Assembly: GCA_002104905.1 (NCBI GenBank)
Contig: MCFE01000543.1
Coordinates: 1 to 60,168, forward strand
DNA length: 60,168 nucleotides
Reading direction: 5' to 3'
DNA from: Basidiobolus meristosporus CBS 931.73
Lineage: Eukaryota > Fungi > Basidiobolomycota
Position numbers and translations under genes: made by a program. Position 1 is the first letter of the stretch. Every line of letters starts with the position of its first letter. Positions 37,640 through 50,398 of this stretch are shown here, piece by piece. The notes beneath the pieces are model-generated. The model worked only from the letters and a program-made list of their open reading frames with translations. It was not told the DNA's origin and searched no databases.

Positions 37640-40600
37640 ATTACAATGGTTTTACATAGGGTCAACTGACTGCACTTTCAACTCTTGTGAAAATAGTTGT
37701 TTTCTTGTGAGTAATTCTTCTTGGCTATGATGGGATACAGCCTGATCCAGGCTTATGGCATTAATTGGCAAGAAATGCAGCTTTTTTCTCATAGCTCTCT
37801 GTCTCTGGCTGGTTAGACTTTTTCCATTTACCTTCTCCTTTATTATTGCCAGGTCTTTCACTGCTACTTTGTTTGGGTGCTTCTTGTATTGAACTAAACT
37901 TTCTCCTGATAAAGGCTGCACTGATGCATCTGTTTTAGCCTGCTAGTCCCTTGCTGTCAATCTACAGGCAACCTGACACTTCTTTCCTGATTGTTTTGAG
38001 CTCTCAGCCCATGCAGTAATGAGCTCCAGAGGTAGTTGCTTGCTTTCATCACTGCCAGGTCCTTCACTGCTACTTTGACTGAGTGCTTCTTGAGTAGAGC
38101 TATGCTTTTTTGTTGGTCAGTGTTGTGCTGCTGCATCTGTGTCTTCCTGCTTTTCACTTATTGGCATTTATCAAGCTACCATATGTCTCTTTGATGCTTG
38201 TTTAAAGCTTTTGGCTGTGCTTACAAGGGTTCTTGAGGAAGCTGCTGGTTTTAGCCATTGCACCCTTGTTCTTCTGCCTTTTATAGTCTCTGCTATTCTT
38301 AAGATACTTTCTTAGCATACTAATGCTGGTAAAAATTCATTTGCTTGTCTGAATCCACAATAATGCTCATGCAACAAGTCAAACATATTTTGCTTGACCT
38401 TGGGTTCCTGATGGCTCTATGGTATGCCAGCCTTAAGGTGTTAGCATGCTAGACTCCTTACTGCCTCTGGAACATTAGTCCACTGTTCACCATTACACTC
38501 AATGACTTCCTGTATCAGCAATATTGTTTGATTTTTAGGCCCTGGTATAAACACTATATTTCCTTGCTACCATGCTGTGATAGGTTATTCTGTGAGCTTC
38601 ATTTTTGGGCGCTCTTGTTATCTTTCAGAGACTCTACAGTGTTCCTCTGCTGTTACATTGGGAAATTGTTAATTTCTTGGATATAACATTGGGCTGCTTG
38701 AGCTCCTTCTTGGCACCAAAGATATGGCTTTCTCTCTCTGGAATATTGATTTCTCTCCACCTTTAACCACTCATCATGCTTCTAGACTATTTGCTGATTT
38801 CTCTGGGTGATTGCATCTATGCTATCAGCCACTGCACCTAATTACCTCATTAATGCTTTGGTATGAACTGACAACATACTTGCTAGTAGAGGTGGTGGAG
38901 GTGGATGTTGTGGTGGCTACTTGTTGGTCTTCAACTGAACGTACTGCTCTTGCTACATTCACATCTGCCTCAGCATAATGTTCAGGTTGTGGCTCAGTAG
39001 AGATTCCCAGTTGCCTACTTGACTGAGAGCCTGAGAGGTCTGTATTGTTACCTTCAGTGGGCCTAATGTCCACAGGGCTTTGCTTGGCTGTAGTCCTGCT
39101 TTGTGCACTGAATGTCAAAGCAAGCTGTTGTCCAACATCTCTTCTGCTGCTCTCTGCAGTAGGGTTTGGCTGGGAGCCAGCTGACATTGTTGAATGTTTT
39201 GGTGGCATATATATGGAAGTGGTTCAAACTAAAGGGGAAATAGTGCTATATATACATGTGTTTGTGGTGCCACAGCTTTATATATAATGATACTATTGCA
39301 TGTCATCATTGAACCCTACATCCATATAGGTGCAATGCCTCAAATACCAGACTGTCTTAGATTTGCATATGTATTAACAAAAAAGGGATGTAACAGCATT
39401 ATGTTGTTGAGTGTTAAGCAGTTGGCCCCTTGGACAAGACTACTTTGATTCAATGCTGGCCATACTTGTCACCTGGAACTAACTGAGTCATGTAAGCTTG
39501 TGATACCTTTAGGCTCACTGCAGCTTTCTGAATATGGCATCCAGAGTGTTAGCACCAAAGAAGTAGGCTCACTGATGAATTGTGTGCCTATTTTCCCTAA
39601 CAATAGTACCCTGCATGAGCCTTGCAAAATCCCATTATGTTATGAGACAACACCTGTGGAAAAAAAGCCCAAGGAATTCTTATGGAGTCAAGTGGGCCCA
39701 GAAATTCAAATACTGGTATATGATGTGATGTTGTGGCCAGAGCAGTTGCATGTTTCTTTCATCATCAGTAATGGGGGCTTTGACTTGTCAGGAATCCACC
39801 ACTATTGGGGGACATTGTTCACACTGCAGATACAATTTGTTAATACCCCAACTTAAACAGCTCATGTAGTTTAACAATTATTGTGAAGCTATAAAGTACC
39901 ACACTTGGTATCAATCAAGTGCAAGTATATCTAATATATCTGATTGCAAACATTACAAACATCCAAGAAGCAAGGGCTACTTGAAAGGTATGTATGACCA
40001 TGCCTTTGTATTTGCACATGATGTATTATAATTAAACAAGTACTCACCCAGCAAATCCTGCTGGCCACTAATTCTCATCAGCCTGAATCTGCTGCCTTTC
40101 CTATGGTATAAGAGCATAAATCTGATAGTAGTCTCACTGGTATCCAGGCCTAAGTCACCATTAAACCTGGATAGCCATCTGTATCCATTGCTGGATGAAT
40201 TTCATATGCTTTCCAGAAGAATACCAGTAAATGGCCATCATGTCATAATGCATATTATTATATGCATTGGATATACCCCAGCCATCAGCAAGATGGTAGG
40301 CATTTCTGGGTACAATTGACTGTATTGCCATCAAATGTGTGAGACTCAAGAGACCTAGTCCATAACCCTCACACATTATTATTACTCAAACACAAATGCT
40401 ACAAGCATCATCTTCCTGCAGGAAGAACATCAAGATGTCCACATGCAATTGCAGCAAAGTTGGAAGGCTATAAGCCATTGGCTGGAATATTGAATTAATT
40501 GGAAACTAAAGATACTTAACATGGAGGGTATCTTTTAGAGCAAAAGTTTTCCACTGGGAGCAATCCATTTGTTTTTTGACAATATCCAATACTGATGACC

Positions 40601-43220
40601 AAGTTGTACAGGGGGCATTTCAAGGCAAATGAGCCCTTTGAGATGCCAGAGATGTCTGGAAGAATTAGCAAGATATTACAGAGTATTTGCTCCCCCAAGT
40701 ACTACTCATGGGCTTCAATTCACATTATGCACACATGCAACAATGCAAGTGTTAGGACTGGATGAGCTGGATATGTATTTAATCAAGTATACTTCTGAAG
40801 TCATTTCTGCCAAGAGTTCATTAGAATCATTTGGACTCATATGTGAGCATTGTATGAATAATATCCAGAAGCTTATCACCAATATCAACTTGATGCACCT
40901 ACAGCTTTTGTGCAAAGAGTTTGTGGCAGGATTTCAGCAACTTTACTATCAATGTAAAGCTGAACATGTAGATTGCTGCCACTACAGATTACATTTGCTA
41001 CTCCATCTTGCTTGGTGTGTTGAGAATATTGGACCTTGCTTTACCTTTTGGGAGTTTCCTATAGAGTAAATGTGTGGGGAGATAGGAAGGAAAATCAAGT
41101 CATTTCTACCAAGAGTACCTTGGGAGCATTCAGATTCATATGCAGAAATCAGAGGAATATTTATCCAGAAGCAGATCACCAATGCCAAACATACACATCT
41201 ACAGCTTTTGTGCATGGAGTCTATGATGTAATTTGAGCAGCTATTCTACCAGCATAAATCTGAATGTGTAGATGTCTGCCACTACTCTATCCATTTGCTA
41301 TTCCATCTTGCTTTGTGTGTTCAGAATATTGGACCTTGCTTCACCTTTAGGGAGTTTCCTAAGGAGCAAATGTGTAGGGAGATAGGAAGACAAGTCAAGG
41401 TGCAGGTACTACCACAACCCAGTGTTATCAAGAATATTACCCTCAAGTCTTGCATGGATGTAATAAGCTGGCACATGAAGGACAGCCAGGAAGAGTTGGA
41501 AAATACTGTGGACAGATGTGCACATGGAGACACCTATGCCTATGGCATTAATAAGCTAAGCAGCTGTAATACATAGGTAATCAGTCAAGTAAGGCAAAGT
41601 TGGGATGGGTGCATCAAGTAATTAGTTTTATTAGGCAGACTCTACCATAGTATGGTGGATTTTTTTTTGTCACCAGCCAATTTCTACACCATTCAATAAA
41701 AACTCACATAAATATGAGCCAGGGTACACCTATCAGGGGGACTAGAATCCAGCAGGGAAAAGGAATATATTGGCTAAATCCCAAAAGGTTCTTGGCAGAT
41801 ATTCAGGAGATATTGACGGCGCCAGTGGCGGCAACTAAGCATTTGTTTGAAAGATGTATATGTTACCTGTAACACAAGGTATATGACAACTTTGCAAGTA
41901 CTATACTAAAAAGCCATAAAGTTGAAGTGATAGGAATATGTCAATTGCAGCAGTTGTGTGTGTTTGAAGAGGTTAGTAAACAGGAGGCCATATTTTTTCT
42001 GGCTCAAACTGTGTATGGAGTACCCAAGGTAGTAGTGGGTAGGCAAATAAAGAGGGGTAACACTACAGTGCATTATATGAGTTGTGCAAGTGGAGGTCAA
42101 AAAAGGAAGTACCATTTGGTTAGTTGGTACAGTGGCATTATACAGAACTAGCTATAGGCTGCCATACTGCCATAAGGATGCTATCAAAGACTTGCTGTGA
42201 GGCCATAAAAATACCATAATGTTTTTTGCCATTGGATGTACTGGCTGGTTAGATCCACTCACATTGTTGTCAAGCACACTAAGACCATAACATTACTATG
42301 CCACCCTTGGCAAAAACTGTACAAACACTTTTATGTCTTTTAACTTTAGACTTGTTCTATTAGATAGTGCCACATTGAGCCATGATTGCCAAATGATGCC
42401 ATAGAGTGCCAAGGAAGCCAAGTGAGCCTATACTTTGCCACAGAGTGTGAAACATAGTTCTGCATCTTCATGCAAAGTGGCCCTTGTGTTTCACCCATTG
42501 TGTTGGAGAAAATTCATTTTTTGACCTTTTTTACTGGATCAATGTAGCTCAGGATGTGTGAGAGCAAAGAGGGACTGAAGACATGCATCTGGTACTCAAT
42601 ACCCATGGCACTCTGAATCTAGCTCCTGTGGCTTGTATCATGTCACAAAAATGCATGGCACTCTCTTGGCCCACTGGTACTATTAGGCACTATACTTAAA
42701 TAGTAGTCCTATAGTAAGACCTATATAAAGCACTCATTGTGCCACATAGTACCAGTGGACCAAGATAGTACCATGTGTTTTTGTGACATGATACAAGCCA
42801 CAGGAGCTAGATTCAGAGTGCCATGAGTACAGAGTATCAGATGCATGTCTTCAGTCCTTCTGTGCTCTCCCACATCCTGAACAATGTTGATCCAAACAAA
42901 AAGGTCAAAAAATGAATTTTCTCCAGCCCAATGGGTGAGACACAGTGGCCACTTTGCATGAAGATGCAAAACTATGTTTTACACTCTGTGGCTAAGTATA
43001 GGCTCACTTGGCCTCCTTGGCACCCTATGGCATCATTTGGCACTTGTGGCCCAATGTGGCACTATCCAACAGAGCAAGTCTTTTATTTAGCTGCAAAGTT
43101 AGCCCAATGATGTTTTGATACAGTCATATGATTCCATAGAAGGTCATTAGTTCCAAGCTGCTAGTATTATAGCAGTCTCTTGATGGTATGTTCAAGGTTG
43201 ATCCAGATCAGATCCACTCA
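37640..43220. mobile_element. CACTA-like element copy D (most complete): orphan ORF-A on minus strand, transposase on plus strand
   Basis: 39.98-40.36 kb translates to KSCWPLILISLNL...PKSPLNLDSHLYPLLDEF...PAISKMVGISG (Transposase_21-like); DUF4218-like motif present twice; termini not identified. Confidence 0.82.
42348..43081. mobile_element. Palindromic MITE (734 bp)
   Basis: Long inverted arms; AGACTTGTTC terminus; TSD TTT/TTT; CACTA flanks colinear. Confidence 0.9.
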
Positions 43221-44373
43221 CAGGATTAAGATACTTTCTGTAGAGTAATGTTTTCAATGATGCTTAGGCCAAGGGCTCTTCATTCCAGATCTGGGATAGT
43301 GTACACCTATGAAGCTTCAGCTGCTAGGGCTTCCTGCCATCTTAAAGTGACTTAAATCAATCACCAATATCTTATTGATCAAGGCATAACTTTCCTGATT
43401 TAACATCCCCCTTACAGTAGTCAGTTTATCCCTTTGTAACTTAAAAAGCTTAATTTACTATTGCAGAATACCTAGCCTAATTGATAGCTGTCAGAGAGGT
43501 ATCTACTTACACAAGATAGATATGGTCTCTTATGTACTGCTATGCTTAACAAGTACCACTTAATCTGTAACCTTCAACTATGTAAATCTGGCAAAATGGC
43601 TCCAATATACTACTATTACTTTAGTCAGAGCTTGGTTCAAACTGCAGACTGACAAGCCCATGATTTGTAGAATTTATGTTACCCTTACATTGGCTTGTGG
43701 TACCACTCCTTTTGCTCCTAATGTAAATTAATTAGCCTCATTGTTTATCTGATATTGTCGCTGCATCTGAGTTTTTGGCTTCTTCTGGACTACTCTGCTG
43801 CTATTCCAAGCAGCACTACTTCATTATCCTAGTGTAGTAGAGTCCCTGGATTTGATTGAGTGCTTCAGATAGTCTAAACTGGGCTTAGATAGCACCTAGC
43901 TCCATTTGATAATTGGGTGCTTTGGTAAATAAGTATTGTAGTCATATCCATTTTGGCAGGTGCTATTGCACAATTTTCTTTTTTGATCCTGATCTGGAGC
44001 ATGCAGCAGAGGGCATATGCTCACATTGACAGAACCTCTTTAGTGCTCAGGAATCCCATGATTTAGAAGCATGTTTGTTCTCAGAGTCTTAATTGAAATT
44101 GTTCATCCACTTAATTCTGTAATATCTTTTATGAGCTTAGTAAAGCTTGGTCATGTAAGTCTCTTAAAAACTTCTCTTTACACAAATGTAGCTGATTTCA
44201 TTGGTGATATATGCACTGCAGCTGGGAGCAGAAGGTAACTTAGTCAGTGCATAATAGCAGAATTGTAACTAATGCTAGAGAATTGACATGATCATCCATC
44301 ACTGTACACCTAGTGTTATATGTACTGGTGTTGAGCAACAAAGTATACAATGCAGTAGTGTTTCATGTATACT

Positions 44374-45099
44374 AAACTTGTTCTGTTGGATAGTATTACA
44401 GTGAGCTATGAGTGCCACATGATGCCATACTGTTCCAGGGAAGCTAAGTAGACCTATATTTAGCTACAGAGTGTGAAATATAGCTCTTCATCTTCATGCA
44501 AAGCAGCTCCGGTGTTTCACCTATTGTGCAGGAGAAAATCCATTTTTTGACCATTTTCTTGAGATAAATGTTGTGCAAGATTTGTAAGAGCACCAAAGGA
44601 CTGAAGATATCTTTCTGGTACTCAATACCCATGACACTCTGAACCTAGCTCTTGCAGCTTGTAATATGTCACAGAAATGCATGGCACTATCTGGCACTAT
44701 ATTTACATATTGGGCTTAAAGTAAAATCTACATAAAGCACTCATAGTGCCAGATAGTGCCAGTGGACCAAGATATTACCACTCCTTTTTGTGACATGTTA
44801 CAAGCTGCAGGAGTAGGATTTAGAGTGCCCTGAGTATTGGGTACCAGATACTAGTATTCAGTCCTTCTCTAGTCTTTCTGTGTGCTAAAACAATATGCAC
44901 AGCATTGATCCCAAACAAAAGCTCAAAAAATAGAATTTTTTCAGCACAATGGGTGAAGCTCAGGGGCTGCTTTGTATAAAGATAAAGAATGTGTTTTTAC
45001 ACTCTGTGAACAAACATAGGTCCACTTGGCCTCCCAGGCACACTATGGCATCACTTAGCACTCATGGCTCATTATCGCAATACATAACACAACAAGTCT
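44374..45099. mobile_element. Palindromic MITE (726 bp, more decayed)
   Basis: Inverted arms; TSD ACT/ACT. Confidence 0.88.
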
Positions 45100-45118
45100 A
45101 CTCAGTAGTAAATATAGT

Positions 45119-45474
45119 AGACTTGTTCCAATGTAAAGCGTTCTATTGAGCCATGATTGCCAAATAGTGCCACAGTGTGCCAGAAAGGTACTGTCAACCT
45201 ACACTTAGCTACACAATATGAGACATAATTCCACATGTTCATGCAAAGCAGCCGTATGTTTCACCCCTAGTGCTGAAGAAGTTTGCTTTTTTGACCTTTT
45301 TATTGGGACCACTGTTGTGCATGGTATCCAAGAGCATAGTAGGACTGAAGACATGCATTTGGTGAACAATACTCATGGTACTCTGATTCTAGTTCCAGAG
45401 CTTTGTAACATGTTGCAAAAGTATATGGCACTATCTTGGTCTACTGGTACCATAAAGAACTACACTTGGATATT
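45119..45474 (+). mobile_element. Single MITE arm, cut by PHIS copy 3
   Basis: AGT then AGACTTGTTCC; the arm ends near the usual centre. Confidence 0.8.
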
Positions 45475-45505
45475 AGACTTGTTCTACCATACCCTGCCAG
45501 GGCGC

Positions 45506-46577
45506 TGTAGTGGGGTGACAGTGACACCCACTGACAGATGTGCTCATTCCCTTATTTTCTACTTCCCTATATCTCTACTACACTTATTTTAGTTTTATCC
45601 CATTTGTCTTACCCAATCAGTACTATCCCATAAGCCGGTTGACTATCACACCTGCTTACCTTATTGCATAAGTTACCCCTCACTTTATGTAAGATTACTA
45701 GCTATAAGTACTTCTATATTAGGCAAGTACCCGCGCCAGTACCCCTGTCACATGATCAGCCCGTGTCACCATCCCTACTATTTCCATGCCATATATGGTA
45801 TCCCTATGTTGCACAGGTCTCAGAGTACTGATTCCTGTTTTGTTGGATGTGCTATGCCTCTTAGAACCTTCCGGCACCTACTTAGAACATTCTTAGGTCA
45901 TTCTGATGTCATTAAGATTTCTATTGATCTCCAGAACCTTCTGGAACACCATGATTAGTAATCACTTAGCCAGTGAGAAAAGTATATAAGGGAGGCTATC
46001 CCTCAACAATAAATCATCATCCCTTTTATCAATATACCAACTTGTTGATTAGTGTGATCACTGCTACCTGCTGCTACCTGAACTTCCAACCCTAGACCAC
46101 AGGACACTCCCAGGAAACCGCGCTGACAGCCAACTGACCTTGGAGGCACTACTTGTGAGGAATACTCAGAGTAGGTATCTTTTATTATATTTAATTCTTT
46201 CCCAAGTTTGTTCTTGTACAGGCAAAGATACTTTTCTGTCTTTGTAACTATTGACCAAAGCTGTATTCTTATCAAGTCCCTGCTGGTGGAGTTTACAGTT
46301 GTTTTGACTTTGGAAGCTTTAGTACATTGTCATCTCAAAGGACGCTGAACCCAGCACATACTTTTGTTAAGACGCCAACTAAGTTGGGGATTGTAGCTCA
46401 ATAGTTTTCCCTTGACAAGCTTGTGGGCTTTATTCCCCATGACAATGGATTAGTGACAGAACCCAAGTATTTGCAGCAAGCTTTTGCCAGAGGTTATTGC
46501 ACCCAGTGAACACCCCACACACAAAACACTTGAGAAGTGTTGGACATATCTCTCCCTTGGACTTATACACCACCACA
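45506..46577 (+). repeat. Solo LTR (1072 bp)
   Basis: TGTAGTGGGG...CACCACCACA; TSD GCGC/GCGC. Confidence 0.88.
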
Positions 46578-47690
46578 GCGCACAGTGCAATTCACGGTCT
46601 CTAAGAAAAATCAGGCACAATATTGTAGCTACCAGTAGGCAGAATCACTATTGGGCAATATTGCACCATGTGGGACAATCCTGTACACTATGGCACAATC
46701 TGACACAATGAGGTTGGCACAAATGATTGTGCCAACTTGTAATGTTTGCATCACGTGTGCAATTTCATACCACTATTATGGTAGGTAAAATCTGATATTT
46801 GGATATGTTTCTCTATTGTAAATGGAAATAAATGCATACCACACTATAAACTACACTGATACTTACCATGATGGTTACCATCACTCCAATTGGATGGTAT
46901 CTCAGTTGTTAATTGGTCCAAAAGTATCCAGAAGCTGTCAGACCCCAATTGGCTCTTTGACCAATACACAAGCTACCTACTTTGCCATCAAATATCCCAT
47001 TTTGCCCATTAAGCAAGTAAATCCCTAATGCTAATAATTGGACAAGGTGTCATAGCTAGCACGTAACCAATTTTGTAGGTGCAAATCAGATCAAATGGCT
47101 GCATGGGTGCCACAGATGATGTGTACATATGCAGGGTGCTTATTCATAGGGGTCCTGTCTCAAATGTGAGGCAGCCTTGATATTGCTTATATCAGAAATT
47201 TAGTGTTCACTGATTTGTAATGGCTTGATGCAGATTGCAAAAAAAATGTGTTGTTTAGATCATGACAAATAATAGTAATTCAATGCAATTGCATCATCTT
47301 CTCCTAGGCTTTTTTCTCACAGGGATTACTACTGAAGCATTTGGTAGTATTTCACTTTGCACACCTAAACTACTTTCTTGTTGACTCTCCTCTTGGCTAC
47401 CTGTGTAGATGTTGTCAGTATTTTGCCTCCTAGTTGATGAGTGCAATGCTGCAGCTTGGCTGCGCTGAATTGCTCCAAATGATGCAACTGAGCCAGCCTG
47501 CAGTGCAATGTGCTGATGCATTCTTTTACTTGCCAAAAGCTCTGGTGGTGGAGGCACTTCATGTGGATCATCATCAGTCAGTTCACCAGTAGAAACTTAC
47601 TGATGATCAGGTCAAATGGCACATGCAGACACAACTTGATGTGCAGGCATGGCCCTTAGCTGAGTTCAATATGAAGCCACTTGTTGACAC

Positions 47691-48490
47691 TGCAGTGAAG
47701 TAGAGGTACTCCAAGGTCAAGCTACACAACTCAAGATGAGTGAGGTGTCTGATGGATGCAATAACCACTGTGTCTAAACTGCTGGTGTCTTTGTTAATAT
47801 GTTACTATGAAAAAATTTCCTGCTTCTCTAGCTTCCTAGGTACTCCAAATTTCTCCAAAGGCCTCTGTGTGTCTTATGAACTACCCTTAAAAGCTCCTTG
47901 ATGGCAGGTCTGAGATGTACTATTGAAGGTAGGTGCAGTGATCAACTGCTAATTAATAAGGGAGAAGTGTTACTGATAGAAGGGATGGTTTATTGATGAG
48001 GGATTGACTTCCCTTAAATACTTTTCCTGATTGCCAAGTGATTACTAATGACCAGGTTCTAGAGGATTCTAGGCATCAGTGGAATTCTTGATGACATCTC
48101 CATGAGCTAAAATATGCCAAGAATGCCTGGAAGGTTCTAAAAGGCACAGCACATCCAACCAATCAGGGAACAGTAGTCTGAAGCCTGTGCAATATAGAAA
48201 TCCATATAAGGTATTGAAATGGTATCAATGGTAACACAGACCTAGATCATGTGTCACCGGTTCTTACGCGGGTACTTGCCTTACATAGATACATATAATG
48301 ATCACAAAGCTGAATAATATCTGGGATAACTAATGCTAATAACTAATAAGGGTAAACATCATATGGGAATAATACTGATAATATGGGCAAAGAAGAATTG
48401 GATAATACTGATAAGATAAAATATGGATCAGTATATCATAATGTCTATATGAAAGAACTTGTTTGTGGGAGGTATGTTTACCCTACCACA
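47691..48490 (-). repeat. Solo LTR (800 bp), related subfamily
   Basis: Minus strand TGTGGTAGGG...CTTCACTGCA; U3 similarity to 49200-49420; flanks ACAC/ATGT (decayed ACGC). Confidence 0.72.
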
Positions 48491-48572
48491 ATGTGACTTG
48501 GCCTACTCCAATGGACTCATGTCTTTTTGAGCAGCTTGGCAAGTTCTGGTGATTTTGCTCTGAAGCACATGC

Positions 48573-49644
48573 TGTGGTGGTGTGTAAGTCCAAGGGAGAG
48601 ATACGTCCAACACTTCTCAAGTGTTTTGTGTGTGGGGTGTTCACTGGGTGCAATAACCTCTGGCAAAAGCTTGCTGCAAATACTTGGGTTCTGTCACTAA
48701 TCCATTGTCATGGGGAATAAAGCCCACAAGCTTGTCAAGGGAAAACTATTGAGCTACAATCCCCAACTTAGTTGGTGTCTTATCAAAAGTATGTCCTGGG
48801 TTCAGCATCCTTTGATATGACAATGTACTAAAGCTTCCAATGTCAAAACAACTGTAAACTCCACCAGCAGGTACTTGATAAGAATGCAGCTGTGGTCAAT
48901 AGTTACAAGGACAGAAAAGTATCCTTGCCTGTACAGGAGCAAACTTGGGAAAGAATCAAATATAATAAAAGATACCTACTCTGAGTATTCCTCACCAGTA
49001 GTGCCTCCAAGGTCAGTTGGCTGTCAGTACTCTTTCCTGGGAGTGTCCTGTGGTCTGGGGTTGGAAGTTCAGGTAGCAGCAGGTAGCAGTGATCACACTA
49101 ATCAACCAGTCAGTAAATTGACAAAAAGGATGATGATTTATTGTTGAGGGATAGCCTCCCTTATTTATTTTTCTTACTGACTAAGTGGTTACTAATCATG
49201 GTGTTCCAGAAGGTTCTGGATATCAATAGAAATCTTAATGACATCAGAATGACCTAAGAGTGTTCTAAGTATGTGCTGGAAGGCTCCATGAGGCACAGCA
49301 CATCCAACAAAACAGGAATCAGTACTCTGAGACCTGTGCAACATACGGATACCATATATGGCATGGAAATAGTAGGGATGGTGACATGGGTTGGTCATGT
49401 GTCATGGGTACTGGTGTGGGTACTTGCCTAATATAGAAGCACTTAGTGCTAGTAATCTTACATAAAGTTAGGGATAACTTATGCAATACAGTAAGCAGGT
49501 GTGATAGTCAACTGGCTTATGGGATAGTACTGATCAGGTAAGACAAATGGGATAAAACTAGAATAAGTGTAGTAGAGAAATAGGGAAGTTGAAAATATGG
49601 GAATGAGCACATCTGTCAGTGGGTGTCACTGTGACCCCACTACA
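48573..49644 (-). repeat. Solo LTR (1072 bp), inverted relative to 45506-46577
   Basis: Same termini and length; flanks ATGC/GCAC (decayed GCGC). Confidence 0.88.
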
Positions 49645-49665
49645 GCACATTAACCAACATGCATT

Positions 49666-50398
49666 AGACTTGTTCCATTGGACAGTGCCACATTGAGCCA
49701 TGAGTGCCAAGTGATGCCATAGTGCGCCAGGGAGGCAAAGTGAGCCTATACATGGCCACAGAGTGTAAAACATAGCTCTTCATCTTCATGCAAAGCAGCC
49801 CCTTTGTCTCACTCACCATGCTGGAGAAAATCCATTTTCTGGTCTTTTTTTTTGGATCAATGTTGTGCAGGATGTGTAGGAGCACAGAAGGACTGAAGAC
49901 ATGAACCTGGTACTCAATACCAATGGCACTCTGAATCTAGCCCACATATGTTGTATCATATCACAAAAATGCATGGCACTATCTTAGTCCACTGGTACAA
50001 TCTGGCACTACAAGTGCTTTGTATAGATCTTACTTTAGGGATAATACTTAAGTATAGTGCCAGATAGTACCAGTGGACCAAGATAGTGCCATGCATTTTT
50101 GTGACATGATACAACATAAAGGAGCTAGATTCAGAGTGCCATTGGTATTGAGTACCAGGTGCATGTCTTCAATCCTTTGAGCTCTTACACGTCCTGAACA
50201 ACCTTGACGCAAAAAAACAGGTTAAAAAATGGATTTTCTTCAGTACAATGGGTGAAACACAGGGGCTGCTTTGCATGAAGATGCAGAGCTATGTTTTACA
50301 CTCTGTGGCCAAGTATAGGCTCACTTGGCCTCCCTGGCACACTATGGCATCATTTGGCACTCATGGCTCAATGTGGCACTATCCAAAGGAACAAGTCT
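49666..50398. mobile_element. Palindromic MITE (733 bp)
   Basis: Inverted arms; TSD ATT/ATT. Confidence 0.92.

Noticed and set aside
37640-43220. CACTA terminal inverted repeats
   Set aside because: No convincing CACTA/CACTG TIR pair or 3-bp TSD was found; the ends are truncated or overlaid
44000-44180. Tyrosine recombinase (DIRS/Crypton) remnant from SIKTLR...HGIP
   Set aside because: The catalytic R-H-R-Y pattern is not recoverable; the similarity is too weak
46051-46130. Ending the 45506 LTR at ...GTGATCA or ...CTGACA and calling the rest a 5' UTR
   Set aside because: Three copies all end at CACCACCACA, the inverse of the start, with 4-bp TSDs and no PBS or gag following
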